Shown here piece by piece: positions 28,692 to 38,862 of a stretch of DNA of 64,000 nt. Every line of letters starts with the position of its first letter. Position 1 is the first letter of the stretch. Origin of the DNA: an uncultured delta proteobacterium (GTDB lineage Bacteria; Desulfobacterota; Binatia; UBA9968); NCBI GenBank assembly GCA_963737905.1, contig CAVTUQ010000013.1, positions 1-64,000 of the forward strand. The letters run 5' to 3'. A program made the translations under genes and the position numbers. The notes below the pieces were generated by a model. That model did not search any database. It saw only the letters and a list, made by a program, of their open reading frames with translations, and was not told the DNA's origin.

Positions 28692-30287
28692 CTAGATCGT
28701 GCCGGTTTCCCGATACTCGCCGTAAACGTTTTTGAGCATTTCACAGATTTCTCCCACGCTTGCCTCCGCCCTTACCGCATCGAGAATAGGCAGCAGGAGA
28801 TCACCGTTTTCCGCGGCTATCCGTTTTAAGCGATGCAAGGCGGAGCTAACACGCCGAGCGCCGCGTCGTTTTTTTCGCTCGCGCAACTGGCGGAGTTGGC
28901 GCCGTTCGACCGCGTCTTTTATTCTAAGAGTCTTGATCGGTGCTGTCTCTGGTTCGGTGAAGGCATTGATCCCGACGATGATTTGCTCCCCCGAGTCAAC
29001 TTCCTTTTGATAAGCCAGCGCGGCGCGATGAATCTCCTGTTGCGGAAAGCCCAGCTCAATGGCCCGCACCATCCCACCCATGTCGTCGAGCTTTTTGAAA
29101 TAGTTCATCGCCTCCGTTTCCAGCCGGCTCGTCAGCCACTCGAGATAAAACGACCCTCCCAGAGGATCGATCGTGTCCGCCACACCCGATTCATGGGCGA
29201 TGATTTGCTGCGTACGCAGCGCGATCTTCACCGCCTCCTCCGTCGGCAACGCGAGGGTTTCATCGAGCGAATTGGTATGCAGCGACTGGGTCCCGCCGAG
29301 GACGGCCGCGAGCGCCTGGAGCGTAATACGAACCACATTATTGTAGGGTTGCACCGCCGTCAGCGTACAGCCCGCCGTTTGGGTATGGAAGCGCAGCGCC
29401 AGAGAAGCGGCATCTTTCGGAGCAAATCTTTTTTGCATCTCCCGAGCCCACAGCCGGCGGGCGGCGCGATATTTGGCAATCTCTTCAAAGAAGTCATTGT
29501 GGGCGTTGAAGAAAAAGGACAAGCGGGGCGCAAAATCGTCTACGCTCAGACCCGACTCGATGGCCGACTTGACGTAGGTCAATCCATCGTAAAGCGTGAA
29601 GGCCAGCTCCTGGACCGCGCTCGAACCTGCCTCCCGGATGTGGTAGCCGCTGATGCTGATGGGATGATACCGGGGTACCGATTCGACACAGAAGCGCACG
29701 ATGTCGTTGATGATCTTGAGCGAAGGGCCGGGTGGACAGATCCATTCCTTCTGCGCGATATATTCTTTCAAGATATCGTTTTGCAGCGTCCCGCTAAGCC
29801 TCTTGAAATTTATCCCCTGGCGCTCAGCAACGACCAGGTACATGGCGAACAGAACAACGGCAGGCCCGTTAATGGTCATCGATACGCTCACCTGGTCTAA
29901 CGGGATATGTCGAAAGAGCGTTTCCATGTCAGCGGCAGAGTCAATCGCGACACCGCACCTTCCAACCTCCCCCTTCGATCGCGGATGATCAGAGTCGTAA
30001 CCCATTAAAGTGGGCATATCGAAGGCTACCGATAAGCCGGTATTACCCTGGGCGAGAAGGTAGCGATATCTTCGATTGGTTTCCTCCGCTGTAGCAAAGC
30101 CGGCGAACTGGCGCATGGTCCAAAGCCTGCCGCGGTACATCGACGGGTAAACCCCGCGCGTGAACGGAAACTGTCCGGGAACTCCCAGATCGCGCCCATC
30201 GTCGAGATCGCGGATATCATCGGGCTTGTAGAGTTCCTGGATCTCGATGCCCGAGAGGTTTCTAAAAGTTTTCTTCCTAAGATTCAT
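28692..30287 (-). CDS. icmA: Acyl-CoA mutase large subunit, isobutyryl-CoA mutase type
   Basis: Mutase motifs; RQFAGF (Phe, not MCM Tyr) and KEYIAQKEW (Gln, not MCM Arg). Confidence 0.82.
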   Translation of the reverse strand: MNLRKKTFRNLSGIEIQELYKPDDIRDLDDGRDLGVPGQFPFTRGVYPSMYRGRLWTMRQFAGFATAEETNRRYRYLLAQGNTGLSVAFDMPTLMGYDSDHPRSKGEVGRCGVAIDSAADMETLFRHIPLDQVSVSMTINGPAVVLFAMYLVVAERQGINFKRLSGTLQNDILKEYIAQKEWICPPGPSLKIINDIVRFCVESVPRYHPISISGYHIREAGSSAVQELAFTLYDGLTYVKSAIESGLSVDDFAPRLSFFFNAHNDFFEEIAKYRAARRLWAREMQKRFAPKDAASLALRFHTQTAGCTLTAVQPYNNVVRITLQALAAVLGGTQSLHTNSLDETLALPTEEAVKIALRTQQIIAHESGVADTIDPLGGSFYLEWLTSRLETEAMNYFKKLDDMGGMVRAIELGFPQQEIHRAALAYQKEVDSGEQIIVGINAFTEPETAPIKTLRIKDAVERRQLRQLRERKKRRGARRVSSALHRLKRIAAENGDLLLPILDAVRAEASVGEICEMLKNVYGEYRETGTI

Positions 30288-31440
30288 CGGAAGGCTCTCC
30301 TTCCTGAATCAGCTGGCGCGCAATAATCAAGCGCTGAATCTCGGATGTTCCCTCGTAAAGCGTGGTGACGCGGGCGTCACGGAAGAAGCGTTCCACCACA
30401 ACATCTTTAGTGAAACCGTAGCCACCGAAGATTTGCACCGCTTTATAAGCAATGCGGTTACATGCCTCCGAAGCAAACAGTTTGGCTATGGCCGCTTCGC
30501 GGGTCACTTTTTTCTCCTGTTGCCTCAGCCACGCTGCGCGGTAAGTCAACATTCGGGCGGCGTCAATCTCCGTCGCCATGTCCGCGAGCATCCATTGGAT
30601 TGCCTGAAAGCGGGCGAGCGGCTGACCAAACTGGCGACGCTCTGCCGCATGAGCCAAGGATTCGTCAAGACACCCCTGGGCGATGCCAACCGCCTGCGCC
30701 GCGATGCCGATCCGGCCGCCGTCCAGGGTCGCCAGCGCAACCTTGAACCCTTGCCCGTCTTCGCCCAAGCGGTTTGCCTCGGGGATGTGACAATCATCGA
30801 AGGCCAGAGCTACGGTATCCGACGAACGGAGCCCCAGCTTGTCTTCCAATTTGCCGACAACAAAACCAGGTGTGTTTGTGTCAACCAGAAATGCCGAAAT
30901 CCCATGCTTGCCTTTCGCCGGATCAGTCAACGCGTAAACCAGTGCAACATCGGCGTGGTTCCCATTGGTCGTAAAGGCTTTGTTGCCGCTCAGGACGTAA
31001 TCACTGCCCACCCGTTTGGCTCGGGATTGAATCGAGCCCGCGTCAGAACCGGCACCCGGTTCGGTCAAGGCGTAACAACCTTGCCACTCCCCTCGGGCCA
31101 ACGGAGCAAGGTATTTTTTCTTCTGCATGTCGGTGCCGAAACGCAGAATCGAAGCGCAGACCAGGGAGTTGTTTACACTCATGATCGTTCCCAACGATGC
31201 CCAAACTTTGGAAATCTCCTCCAGCGCTATGACATAAGAGATGAGGTCCATGCCCGCGCCGCCGAACTGTTGGGGTATGAATACCCCCATCAGTCCCATC
31301 TGGCCTAGCTGTCGAATCAGTTCAGTTGGATAGACACTGTCGTGGTCCATTCGCGAGGCGACCGGTTTGATTTCCTTTTCGGCGAAGGCCCGCGTCGTCT
31401 CTTGGACCAGCAGTTGTTCTTCCGTGAGTTCGAAATCCAT
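30277..31440 (-). CDS. Acyl-CoA dehydrogenase (butyryl-CoA/short-chain type)
   Basis: [32 protein letters not shown] and [10 protein letters not shown] motifs. Confidence 0.95.
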   Translation of the reverse strand: MDFELTEEQLLVQETTRAFAEKEIKPVASRMDHDSVYPTELIRQLGQMGLMGVFIPQQFGGAGMDLISYVIALEEISKVWASLGTIMSVNNSLVCASILRFGTDMQKKKYLAPLARGEWQGCYALTEPGAGSDAGSIQSRAKRVGSDYVLSGNKAFTTNGNHADVALVYALTDPAKGKHGISAFLVDTNTPGFVVGKLEDKLGLRSSDTVALAFDDCHIPEANRLGEDGQGFKVALATLDGGRIGIAAQAVGIAQGCLDESLAHAAERRQFGQPLARFQAIQWMLADMATEIDAARMLTYRAAWLRQQEKKVTREAAIAKLFASEACNRIAYKAVQIFGGYGFTKDVVVERFFRDARVTTLYEGTSEIQRLIIARQLIQEGEPSDES

Positions 31441-31519
31441 TTTCGATGACGCTCTAAAATTCAGCAGTCAAAATGCAATGTTGTGTGCCTCTCATCTCCT
31501 AGCCCATGACTCCTTCCTG

Positions 31520-32698
31520 CTAAATCCTTTCCACCATCAACGCTACGGCTTCCCCTCCGCCAATACACAAGCTTGCAACACCGCGCCGTAGGTTCAAGTC
31601 CTCCAGGCTATGAAGCAAAGTCGTAAGAATGCGCGCGCCGCTAGCACCGATGGGATGCCCCAGAGCGACCGCCCCGCCCCGGACATTGACCCGATTTGGG
31701 TCCAATTGCAGTTCCCGGTTGACCGCGATCGAACAAACCGCGAAGGCTTCGTTAATTTCGAAGAGGTCGACCTCCGCGACGCTGCGATCCGTCCTTTGGA
31801 GCAAAGACGATATCGCTCGTACCGGCGCAGTGGTAAACCATGCGGGGTCCGTGCCGCTTGTGGTGTAACCGATGATTCGGGCCCTTGGCTTGACCCCCAA
31901 GATGCCGGCTTTCTCCTCGGACATCACGACCACGGCGGCGGCGCCGTCGCTGATCGAGGAAGCATTTCCCACCGTGATACTGCCGTTTTTCTCGAAGGCG
32001 GGTTTTAAGTTCGGGAGACTTTCGAATTTGACGCGGGTTGGCTCTTGATCCTCTGTCGCGACCAACGCTTCCGACGAAGAGTGGGGCAGACTTACTGGAA
32101 CCATTTCACGCTTGAACTGCCCGCGTTCCTCCGCTTTAAGCGCCCGCTGGTAACTCGTAGCCGCGAATTCATCCTGCTCTTCCCTGCTGATCTTCAAGAA
32201 GCGGGCGCAAATTTCTGCTGCCGCTCCCATGTGAAACTGATTATAAACATCCCACAGCCCGTCATGAATCATACTATCCACGAGTTCTCCCGGTCCCATT
32301 CGGTAACCCGTGCGGGCCTTCATCAAGAGATAGGGGGCGTTACTCATGCTCTCCATACCCCCTGCTACGACGGTTTCCACATCACCTACCATAATCGCCT
32401 GCGCTGCCAACATCACCGCCTTTAACCCGGAGCCGCAAACCTTGTTAATTGTGGTGCAGGCGACTTCGTGAGCGAGCCCGGCTCCGAGGGCCGCCTGGCG
32501 CGCCGGCGCTTGTCCCAGCCCTGCGGATAAAACATTGCCCATGAGGACTTCGTCAACCTGGTCGGCTCTTAAATGCACCCTGCCCAAGACCTCGCGGATT
32601 ACCATACTGCCCAATTGCGTCGCGGTGAAGCTACTCAGTTTTCCTTGAAAGCTTCCGATGGGTGTGCGCGCCGCGCCGACAATCACGGCCTGTCTCAT
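31520..32698 (-). CDS. Acetyl-CoA C-acetyltransferase (canonical thiolase)
   Basis: NKVCGSG, EINEAF, GHPIGASG and CIGGG catalytic motifs intact. Confidence 0.95.
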   Translation of the reverse strand: MRQAVIVGAARTPIGSFQGKLSSFTATQLGSMVIREVLGRVHLRADQVDEVLMGNVLSAGLGQAPARQAALGAGLAHEVACTTINKVCGSGLKAVMLAAQAIMVGDVETVVAGGMESMSNAPYLLMKARTGYRMGPGELVDSMIHDGLWDVYNQFHMGAAAEICARFLKISREEQDEFAATSYQRALKAEERGQFKREMVPVSLPHSSSEALVATEDQEPTRVKFESLPNLKPAFEKNGSITVGNASSISDGAAAVVVMSEEKAGILGVKPRARIIGYTTSGTDPAWFTTAPVRAISSLLQRTDRSVAEVDLFEINEAFAVCSIAVNRELQLDPNRVNVRGGAVALGHPIGASGARILTTLLHSLEDLNLRRGVASLCIGGGEAVALMVERI

Positions 32699-33168
32699 GG
32701 AATCCTCCTTTAAAGCGCTCTTGACGACCTACGTCCGAGAAAATGACGCTGTTTTCTTGAGACAATCGCCGTCACGGCGCGTGCGACAAGAAGCCCGCTG
32801 CGAGAAGGCGAGCCGATAGCCCGCTTTCGTAAGTTAGCGCTATCCGGGGTTGCAGGGACAAAAATATTCGGGACGATGGGAGCGTCGAATCGCCGCGGGC
32901 GATCGTTGACGGGGAAAAGCCGGGCCGGGCCTGCTTCCCTGTCCAAAGAAGCGATTGGGCTTTTTGGGTCGTGTCTTGCCGCCACCGTGGTACTCCTCCC
33001 GGATCGGATGGTTGGAGCCACTCGCTGTTCGAATTCTACCAGAATAAACAATCTGGGGAAATGTTGATAACATTTCATGTTAACAATATTTCACTTGGGT
33101 GCTAGACTATTGTTGTAATCACATGCGTTGGCAATCGAACAGTTCTAAAACAAGTCAAGGAGTCCACC

Positions 33169-34248
33169 TTGCCCAGGACAACGATCAAGAGCTTTGAGAT
33201 TGAACGACTTCAGATCTTGGACGGGCAGGGAAATTGTGACGAGGCTTTAAGGCCCGCGCTTTCCGACCAGCAAATCCGCAGGCTTTATGAAAGCATGATC
33301 CTTGCCCGCACCCTTGATGAGAAGGCTTTTAAATTGCAGCGGGGAGGACGACTGGGAACCTACGCCTCGATTCTCGGCCAGGAAGCGGCTCAGGTCGCCA
33401 GTGCGCTGGCCCTCGAGCCAACCGATTGGATGTTTCCTTCCTTTCGCGAACCTGGGGCGTCTATCGTCAGGGGTTTGTCGATTAAAACGATCCTCCAATA
33501 TTGGTCCGGGGATGAACGGGGGAATATCACCTTGGAGGGACAAAACGATTTCCCGATCACGATTCCAGTGTCAACGCAAATTCCCATTGGAGTAGGGGCC
33601 GCCTGGGGCGCCAAACTGAAAGGCGATAAGATCGCCGTCCTCGTGTACCTGGGAGATGGGGCGACTTCGAAAGGAGATTTTCACGAGGGGCTGAATTTTG
33701 CCGGGGTCTTTTGTTTGCCCGTGGTCTTTCTCTGTCAAAATAATCACTGGGCAATTTCTGTCCCCTTAAAGCGCCAGACGGCTGCGGCAACGATTGCGCA
33801 AAAAGCAATCGCCTATGGTTTTCCCGGGATTCAAGTGGACGGCAACGACCCCTTTGCCGTGTACAAAGCAACCGACGAGGCGCTGAAGCGTGCCCGTGCG
33901 GGAAGCGGGCCAACGTTAATCGAGGCTGTGACCTACCGGCTTGGCGACCATACGACCGCCGACGACGCATCCCGCTACCGCAGCAAGGAAGAGGTCGAAC
34001 AGTGGAAAAAGAAAAACCCAATCGACCGGCTGAAACAATATATGGTCTCGAAAGAGCTTTGGGATGAATCCTACGGCCTCAAAACCGCGGCCCAGGCACG
34101 CGAACAAGTTGAAGCGGCGGTGAAAGAGCTGGAGGCGACAGCGCCGCCCCAGCCGCAAGATATCTTTCGCTACACGTACCGAGAAATGACCCGAGAGCTA
34201 AACGAACAGATGGAAGGTTTTCTTAGCGGCAACGGGCGCGGCAAGTAA
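33169..34248 (+). CDS. 2-oxoacid dehydrogenase E1 alpha (PdhA/BkdA type)
   Basis: GQEA, GDGATSKGDF..NN TPP motif and YRLGDHTTADD. Confidence 0.93.
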   Translation: MPRTTIKSFEIERLQILDGQGNCDEALRPALSDQQIRRLYESMILARTLDEKAFKLQRGGRLGTYASILGQEAAQVASALALEPTDWMFPSFREPGASIVRGLSIKTILQYWSGDERGNITLEGQNDFPITIPVSTQIPIGVGAAWGAKLKGDKIAVLVYLGDGATSKGDFHEGLNFAGVFCLPVVFLCQNNHWAISVPLKRQTAAATIAQKAIAYGFPGIQVDGNDPFAVYKATDEALKRARAGSGPTLIEAVTYRLGDHTTADDASRYRSKEEVEQWKKKNPIDRLKQYMVSKELWDESYGLKTAAQAREQVEAAVKELEATAPPQPQDIFRYTYREMTRELNEQMEGFLSGNGRGK

Positions 34249-34271
34249 CCAACCCCGCTCAGGAAAAAAAC

Positions 34272-35249
34272 ATGGCCAAGTTAACTGTGGTTGAGGCGAT
34301 CAACCTGGCGCTCAAGCAGGAAATGGCAAGAGACTCCAGGCTGCTGGTCTTGGGGGAGGATGTGGGGAAAAACGGCGGAGTCTTCAGGGTGACCGAGGGC
34401 TTGCTTGAATTGTTCGGGGAGAACCGCGTAGTCGACACGCCCCTTTCAGAATCCGCCATCATCGGTTCCGCCATCGGGCTAGCGGTCTACGGCTTGAGGC
34501 CGGTTGCCGAGATTCAATTTGAAGGGTTTGTTTATGGCGCCATGGAGCAACTGATCGGTCATGCCGCCCGCATCAGAACGCGATCGCGCGGACGGCGTGA
34601 ATGCCCGCTGGTGGTTCGCATCCCGTACGGCGGAGGGATCCACGCCCCGGAACATCACTCGGAAAGCAATGAGGCTTATTTCGTTCATACCCCGGGACTC
34701 AAGGTTGTGGTTCCGTCGACGCCCTATGAAGCAAAGGGACTGTTGCTTTCAGCGATTCGTGATCCGGATCCGGTTATCTTCATGGAGCCCAAGAGAATTT
34801 ATCGCGCCATCCGAGAAGAGGTCCCGGACGAGGAGTATCTAATTCCACTGGAGCAAGCTCGGGTCGTTACGGAAGGCAACCACGTCACATTGATCGCCTG
34901 GGGCGCGATGCTCCACGTGGCGCTTCAGGGGGCCAAGCTGATGGCCGACCGGGGAATCAGCTCTGAGGTGCTTGATCTGCGCACACTCTCTCCTCTCGAT
35001 ACCCAGAGCATTGTCGAATCGATAAAGAAAACCAACAGAGCGGTCATCGTCCACGAAGCACCGCGAAGCTGCGGTGTGGCGGCGGAGATCATCGCCCGCA
35101 TCAACGAGAAAGCCTTGCTGTATCTGGAGGCCCCGGTAGAAAGAGTCACCGGATTTGATACGGTCATGCCGCTGCCAAGATTGGAGCAGCATTTTCTTCC
35201 CGATGCCCAAAGAGTTGTTCGGGCCATCGATCGAGTGATGAACGCATAG
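34272..35249 (+). CDS. 2-oxoacid dehydrogenase E1 beta
   Basis: GEDVG..GGVF, DTPLSE, EIQF, HHSES and DLRTL.PLD motifs. Confidence 0.93.
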   Translation: MAKLTVVEAINLALKQEMARDSRLLVLGEDVGKNGGVFRVTEGLLELFGENRVVDTPLSESAIIGSAIGLAVYGLRPVAEIQFEGFVYGAMEQLIGHAARIRTRSRGRRECPLVVRIPYGGGIHAPEHHSESNEAYFVHTPGLKVVVPSTPYEAKGLLLSAIRDPDPVIFMEPKRIYRAIREEVPDEEYLIPLEQARVVTEGNHVTLIAWGAMLHVALQGAKLMADRGISSEVLDLRTLSPLDTQSIVESIKKTNRAVIVHEAPRSCGVAAEIIARINEKALLYLEAPVERVTGFDTVMPLPRLEQHFLPDAQRVVRAIDRVMNA

Positions 35250-35271
35250 ATTCCCCATTAGCAAGAAGCGT

Positions 35272-36465
35272 ATGATCAAGGAATTTCACCTGCCCGACGT
35301 TGGTGAAGGCATCAGTGAAGCGGAGATCGTCAAGTGGCTGATCACCGAAGGCGCGCCGGTTAAAGAAGATCAAGACCTGGTGGAAATCGAGACGGACAAG
35401 GCGATCGTCACTCTGCCCTCGCCGCACTCGGGTAAAGTGTCGACCCTACACCGGCGCGAAGGCGAGATCGTCAAAGTGGGCGACCTTTTGGTCAGCATCG
35501 AAAGTGACAGCGAGAGCCCTACTCCCCTCCCGTCGAAGAAAGATACCGGTACCGTCGTCGGCTCGCTGAGCGACGAAGAGGTCGTCGAGCTACCGGAACC
35601 AGTGAAAGCCACTCCGGCCGTTCGGGCGCTGGCTAAGAAACTAAATGTCGATTTGGGCAAAATTCGCGGCACCGGTCCAGAAGGAAAGATCACCAGAGAC
35701 GACGTCGAACAGACGATCGGGGAGAAGCCGCTCGAGGATGCAACCGATGCTGATACCTATGGTCCCGTCGAAAAGATTCCCATACGCGGACTGCGCCGAA
35801 CGATAGCGAAACGGATGCAAGAGGCACGGCAGCGCGTCCCTGATGTTACGATTTGGGAAGACGCGGATATATCCGATCTGGAAACCGTACGATCGAAGGA
35901 GAAAAAAGGTGCCGCCGAAAAAGGGATCAAGCTAACCTACCTGCCTTTTATCATCAAGGCCACCCTCTCAGCCCTGAAAGCGCATCCCTACCTCAATGCC
36001 ACGTTGGATGACGAAACCGGGCAGATCCTATTGAAAAAATACTACAATATCGGCATCGCGGTCGATACCACCGATGGTCTCATAGTATTTTCCATCAAAC
36101 AGGCCGACCAGAAAAATATTCTCGAGCTGGCCAAAGAGATCAGCGCGCTGGCGGAAAAGGCTCGAAGCCGCAAGCTCGACCTCGCCGATCTCAGAGGAAG
36201 CACTTTTACCATTACTAATTATGGCGTTATCGGCGCGACCTATGGAACGCCGATCATTAATTATCCCGAAGTCGCCATTCTCGGCATCGGCAGAATCCAG
36301 GATCGCCCGGTTGTTAAAAGCGGCCAGGTAGCCATCCGCAAAATCATGCCACTCTCCCTCGCCTTCGATCATCGCGTCATCGATGGCGTCGAAGCCGCCC
36401 GTTTTCTTAACGTCGTGATCCAACGCTTGGAAGATCCGGACTTGATGCTGATTGAAGGCAAGTGA
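35272..36465 (+). CDS. 2-oxoacid dehydrogenase E2 (single lipoyl domain)
   Basis: ETDKA lipoyl site, ATPAVRALA..GTGPEGKIT and FDHRVIDG. Confidence 0.95.
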   Translation: MIKEFHLPDVGEGISEAEIVKWLITEGAPVKEDQDLVEIETDKAIVTLPSPHSGKVSTLHRREGEIVKVGDLLVSIESDSESPTPLPSKKDTGTVVGSLSDEEVVELPEPVKATPAVRALAKKLNVDLGKIRGTGPEGKITRDDVEQTIGEKPLEDATDADTYGPVEKIPIRGLRRTIAKRMQEARQRVPDVTIWEDADISDLETVRSKEKKGAAEKGIKLTYLPFIIKATLSALKAHPYLNATLDDETGQILLKKYYNIGIAVDTTDGLIVFSIKQADQKNILELAKEISALAEKARSRKLDLADLRGSTFTITNYGVIGATYGTPIINYPEVAILGIGRIQDRPVVKSGQVAIRKIMPLSLAFDHRVIDGVEAARFLNVVIQRLEDPDLMLIEGK

Positions 36466-36482
36466 CGAAGGGCTTTGGAGGC

Positions 36483-37412
36483 TTACAGCGCTCTTCGCCG
36501 ATAGCGTGCGACCGCCGGATTGACCCCAGCTTTTTTCCCTTGATCCCAGAGATAAAATCCCTTGCCGTTCTTTATGCCGTAGAATCCCGCCGCCACTAGC
36601 TTCCGTAACAGGTCTGGAGCTTGATAACTTGCTCCAAGTTCCTTCCGCAAAACCTCGGCAATGGCGAGTGTGGTGTCCAATCCGACAAAATCGAGAGTCG
36701 TTATGGGTCCCATTTTGTGACCCAGACACAGAGTCGTCTTGTCCGCGTCTTCGCAACTCATGATCCCTTCTTCCACGACTTTAACCGCCTCCATCAAAAA
36801 GGGAACAAACATCCGATTGATGCCAAACCCGGCTTTGTCCTCCGAAGCGATCGGTTCTTTGCCTAATTCATGACAGAAAGCAGTAACCCTGCCCCAGGTC
36901 TGGTTGGAGGTCTGCAATCCCCGAATCAGTTCGCAGCCTGGCTGAAGCGGCACAGGATTCATGAAGTGCATCCCCATGAAACAGTCCGGATGCTCATAAG
37001 CGCTGGCAAGGCGGGTAATAGAAATGGACGAGGTATTGGAGACCAAAGTGTTGTCGAAACCCAAGTTTGCAAGCGATCGGATCGTTTCAATTTTGGCACT
37101 CTCGTTTTCCACGATGGCCTCGATCACGATGTCGCATTGTAGAAGCTCTCGGCGATCGGTTGACCCGCGCAATTGCGAAAGAGTCCTTTCCCTCTCGGCG
37201 ACCGGCATGCCAGTCTTACCCTGGGATTTCTCATCGCTCCGGACAAGGCGCTCCAGGCTCTGTCGAATGTGCCTCATGCCTTTCTCCAAAATCTCCGCAG
37301 TCAGATCCACGACGACCACGTCAAAGCCCCGAGTCGCAGCCACCTGGGCAATACCTCTGCCCATTAGCCCAATCCCGATTACCCCGACTTTGCGAATGTT
37401 CGACGGCTGCAT
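36483..37412 (-). CDS. 3-hydroxybutyryl/3-hydroxyacyl-CoA dehydrogenase
   Basis: GIGLMGRGIA, EAIVEN, SNTSSI, GMHFMNP and D.VGLD motifs. Confidence 0.93.
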   Translation of the reverse strand: MQPSNIRKVGVIGIGLMGRGIAQVAATRGFDVVVVDLTAEILEKGMRHIRQSLERLVRSDEKSQGKTGMPVAERERTLSQLRGSTDRRELLQCDIVIEAIVENESAKIETIRSLANLGFDNTLVSNTSSISITRLASAYEHPDCFMGMHFMNPVPLQPGCELIRGLQTSNQTWGRVTAFCHELGKEPIASEDKAGFGINRMFVPFLMEAVKVVEEGIMSCEDADKTTLCLGHKMGPITTLDFVGLDTTLAIAEVLRKELGASYQAPDLLRKLVAAGFYGIKNGKGFYLWDQGKKAGVNPAVARYRRRAL

Positions 37413-37703
37413 GAACCAATCCTCTTTATCGTTACCTTATCCGATCACATCCCCTTACCAACTTCTTAATCGTTTTTTTTCCACGATGTAAAGGCGATTT
37501 CGGATTTTACTGGACTGCTTCGCTGGCTTTGCGGACGGGGGCGGCGGAAATGGCGACCGGGTTGCGCTTATGACTGAGGCGCGTGAACTCAAAGGAGCGA
37601 AAAGATGCTCGAAACAGGAACGGCTCGGCTTACGCGGCGGCAGTTCTGGTGAGTTAGGTGCCGGGGTCTTACTGTTGAGTTAGTGGAAGATCTTGCCCAA
37701 TAG

Positions 37704-38072
37704 TCAGATCTTATCTTTGGCGCGCAATCCTTGGAGGCGTGCCAACATCAGATCTCCGAGATTCTCCGTCGGGAAATGATCTGGAATTGTCATCGGTTCG
37801 GCTCCAAGATTGGCGAGCCGCTCGTTGAGCGCAGCAAGATCAGAGCGTGTTTGCCGATACTCATCCACCTTGGCTCGGCAATTCAGGATGCTCTGGTCAA
37901 TGTGCGCCAAGCAATCCCGCAGAATCGACTTTTGTTGCTCCGACAGACTTCGTAGCCGTTCTACTTCTGCCTGAGCGAACGGCTCCACGGCTGGACGGAC
38001 ACCTCCTTCGATTTGCGCCTGCATACCACCCACCGACCGCATCAGCCTTTCGCAGGCCTGCTGCTCTTTCAT
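37704..38072 (-). CDS. Hypothetical coiled-coil protein
   Basis: GGAAGGA RBS before MKEQQACE; heptad-like LAALNERLANLG; downstream of the HTH gene. Confidence 0.6.
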   Translation of the reverse strand: MKEQQACERLMRSVGGMQAQIEGGVRPAVEPFAQAEVERLRSLSEQQKSILRDCLAHIDQSILNCRAKVDEYRQTRSDLAALNERLANLGAEPMTIPDHFPTENLGDLMLARLQGLRAKDKI

Positions 38073-38248
38073 CAAGTCCTTCCCAAAACCGGTGGCCGCG
38101 CTAGTGCATCTATGGCTAGACGATTGATGAGGAAATAGCATTAAACCAATCGACGGCCTGGGGGCCAGGCACCTTCTGCTGCTAATAAGAAGCAAGCCGT
38201 ACAGTGACAGCATCAATGTACGGCTCCGAGGAATGATATGGATGCAGC

Positions 38249-38470
38249 TTACTTGCTGGCCATAGCACTTGCTTTCGAGTCACTATCGCCGTTATCCGAC
38301 AAACTCATCGACTTGCTGGACACTAGCTCCAACACATCGTTCCTGCTGAATCTCCAACTCCGGCCAATCCGATTGCCTGGAATCACTCCCCGCTCAGCCA
38401 GCTTGTAGACGGTCTTAAGATGGATCTTGAGCAGGGCAGCCACCTCGGACGGGGTCATTATCTCTTCCAT
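38249..38470 (-). CDS. Excisionase-like HTH_17 DNA-binding protein
   Basis: MTPSEVAALLKIHLKTVYKLAERGVIPGNRIGRSWRF; AAGGAG RBS. Confidence 0.88.
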   Translation of the reverse strand: MEEIMTPSEVAALLKIHLKTVYKLAERGVIPGNRIGRSWRFSRNDVLELVSSKSMSLSDNGDSDSKASAMASK

Positions 38471-38531
38471 CCGTTTTGTTCTCCTTCCAACACTTCAAGT
38501 ACTGCTTATTTTCCTATCAACACCTAAGATC

Positions 38532-38547
38532 AGCACAACCCGTGCCA
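38532..38547 (-). promoter_or_regulatory. sigma54 (-24/-12) promoter
   Basis: Minus strand TGGCACGGGTTGTGCT with GG-N10-GC spacing, about 60 bp before the HTH start. Confidence 0.65.
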
Positions 38548-38862
38548 ATTAGCCCAAAGGCGTTCCCATAATACCTAAGACACCATATTTCCAAAGAATT
38601 CCATGGCGGGTAGAGAACTCTAGGTAAGCACGATAAAGCGCAGCGAACCGCCTGACATGGACAAAATTGGCCAATCATTACGGTTTTCGGCCAGTCGTCG
38701 TTTTACCAGCTCAGACTATGGCGTATTGTAAACTGAGAACAGAGCGTTGGAGCGAGCGGGCGCAAGGCGCGGAGTTATGTTGATGGGTGCACTTTGATTC
38801 ACGAACTGGGTTTGAAGGGACAACGATGACCCTGTCAAACAGACGTTTATTATACTGGTCCC

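Noticed and set aside
28692-30287. Methylmalonyl-CoA mutase call
   Set aside because: Specificity residues are Phe/Gln rather than Tyr/Arg, and no epimerase or carboxylase is adjacent.
32710-33078. ORF or cobalamin riboswitch upstream of the thiolase-mutase operon
   Set aside because: The ORF has an RBS-like GGAGG but low-information Pro/Arg-rich sequence, and I could not identify a B12 box; needs an Rfam search.
38249-38470. Prophage excisionase marking a prophage
   Set aside because: No integrase or phage genes nearby; flanks are metabolic genes.
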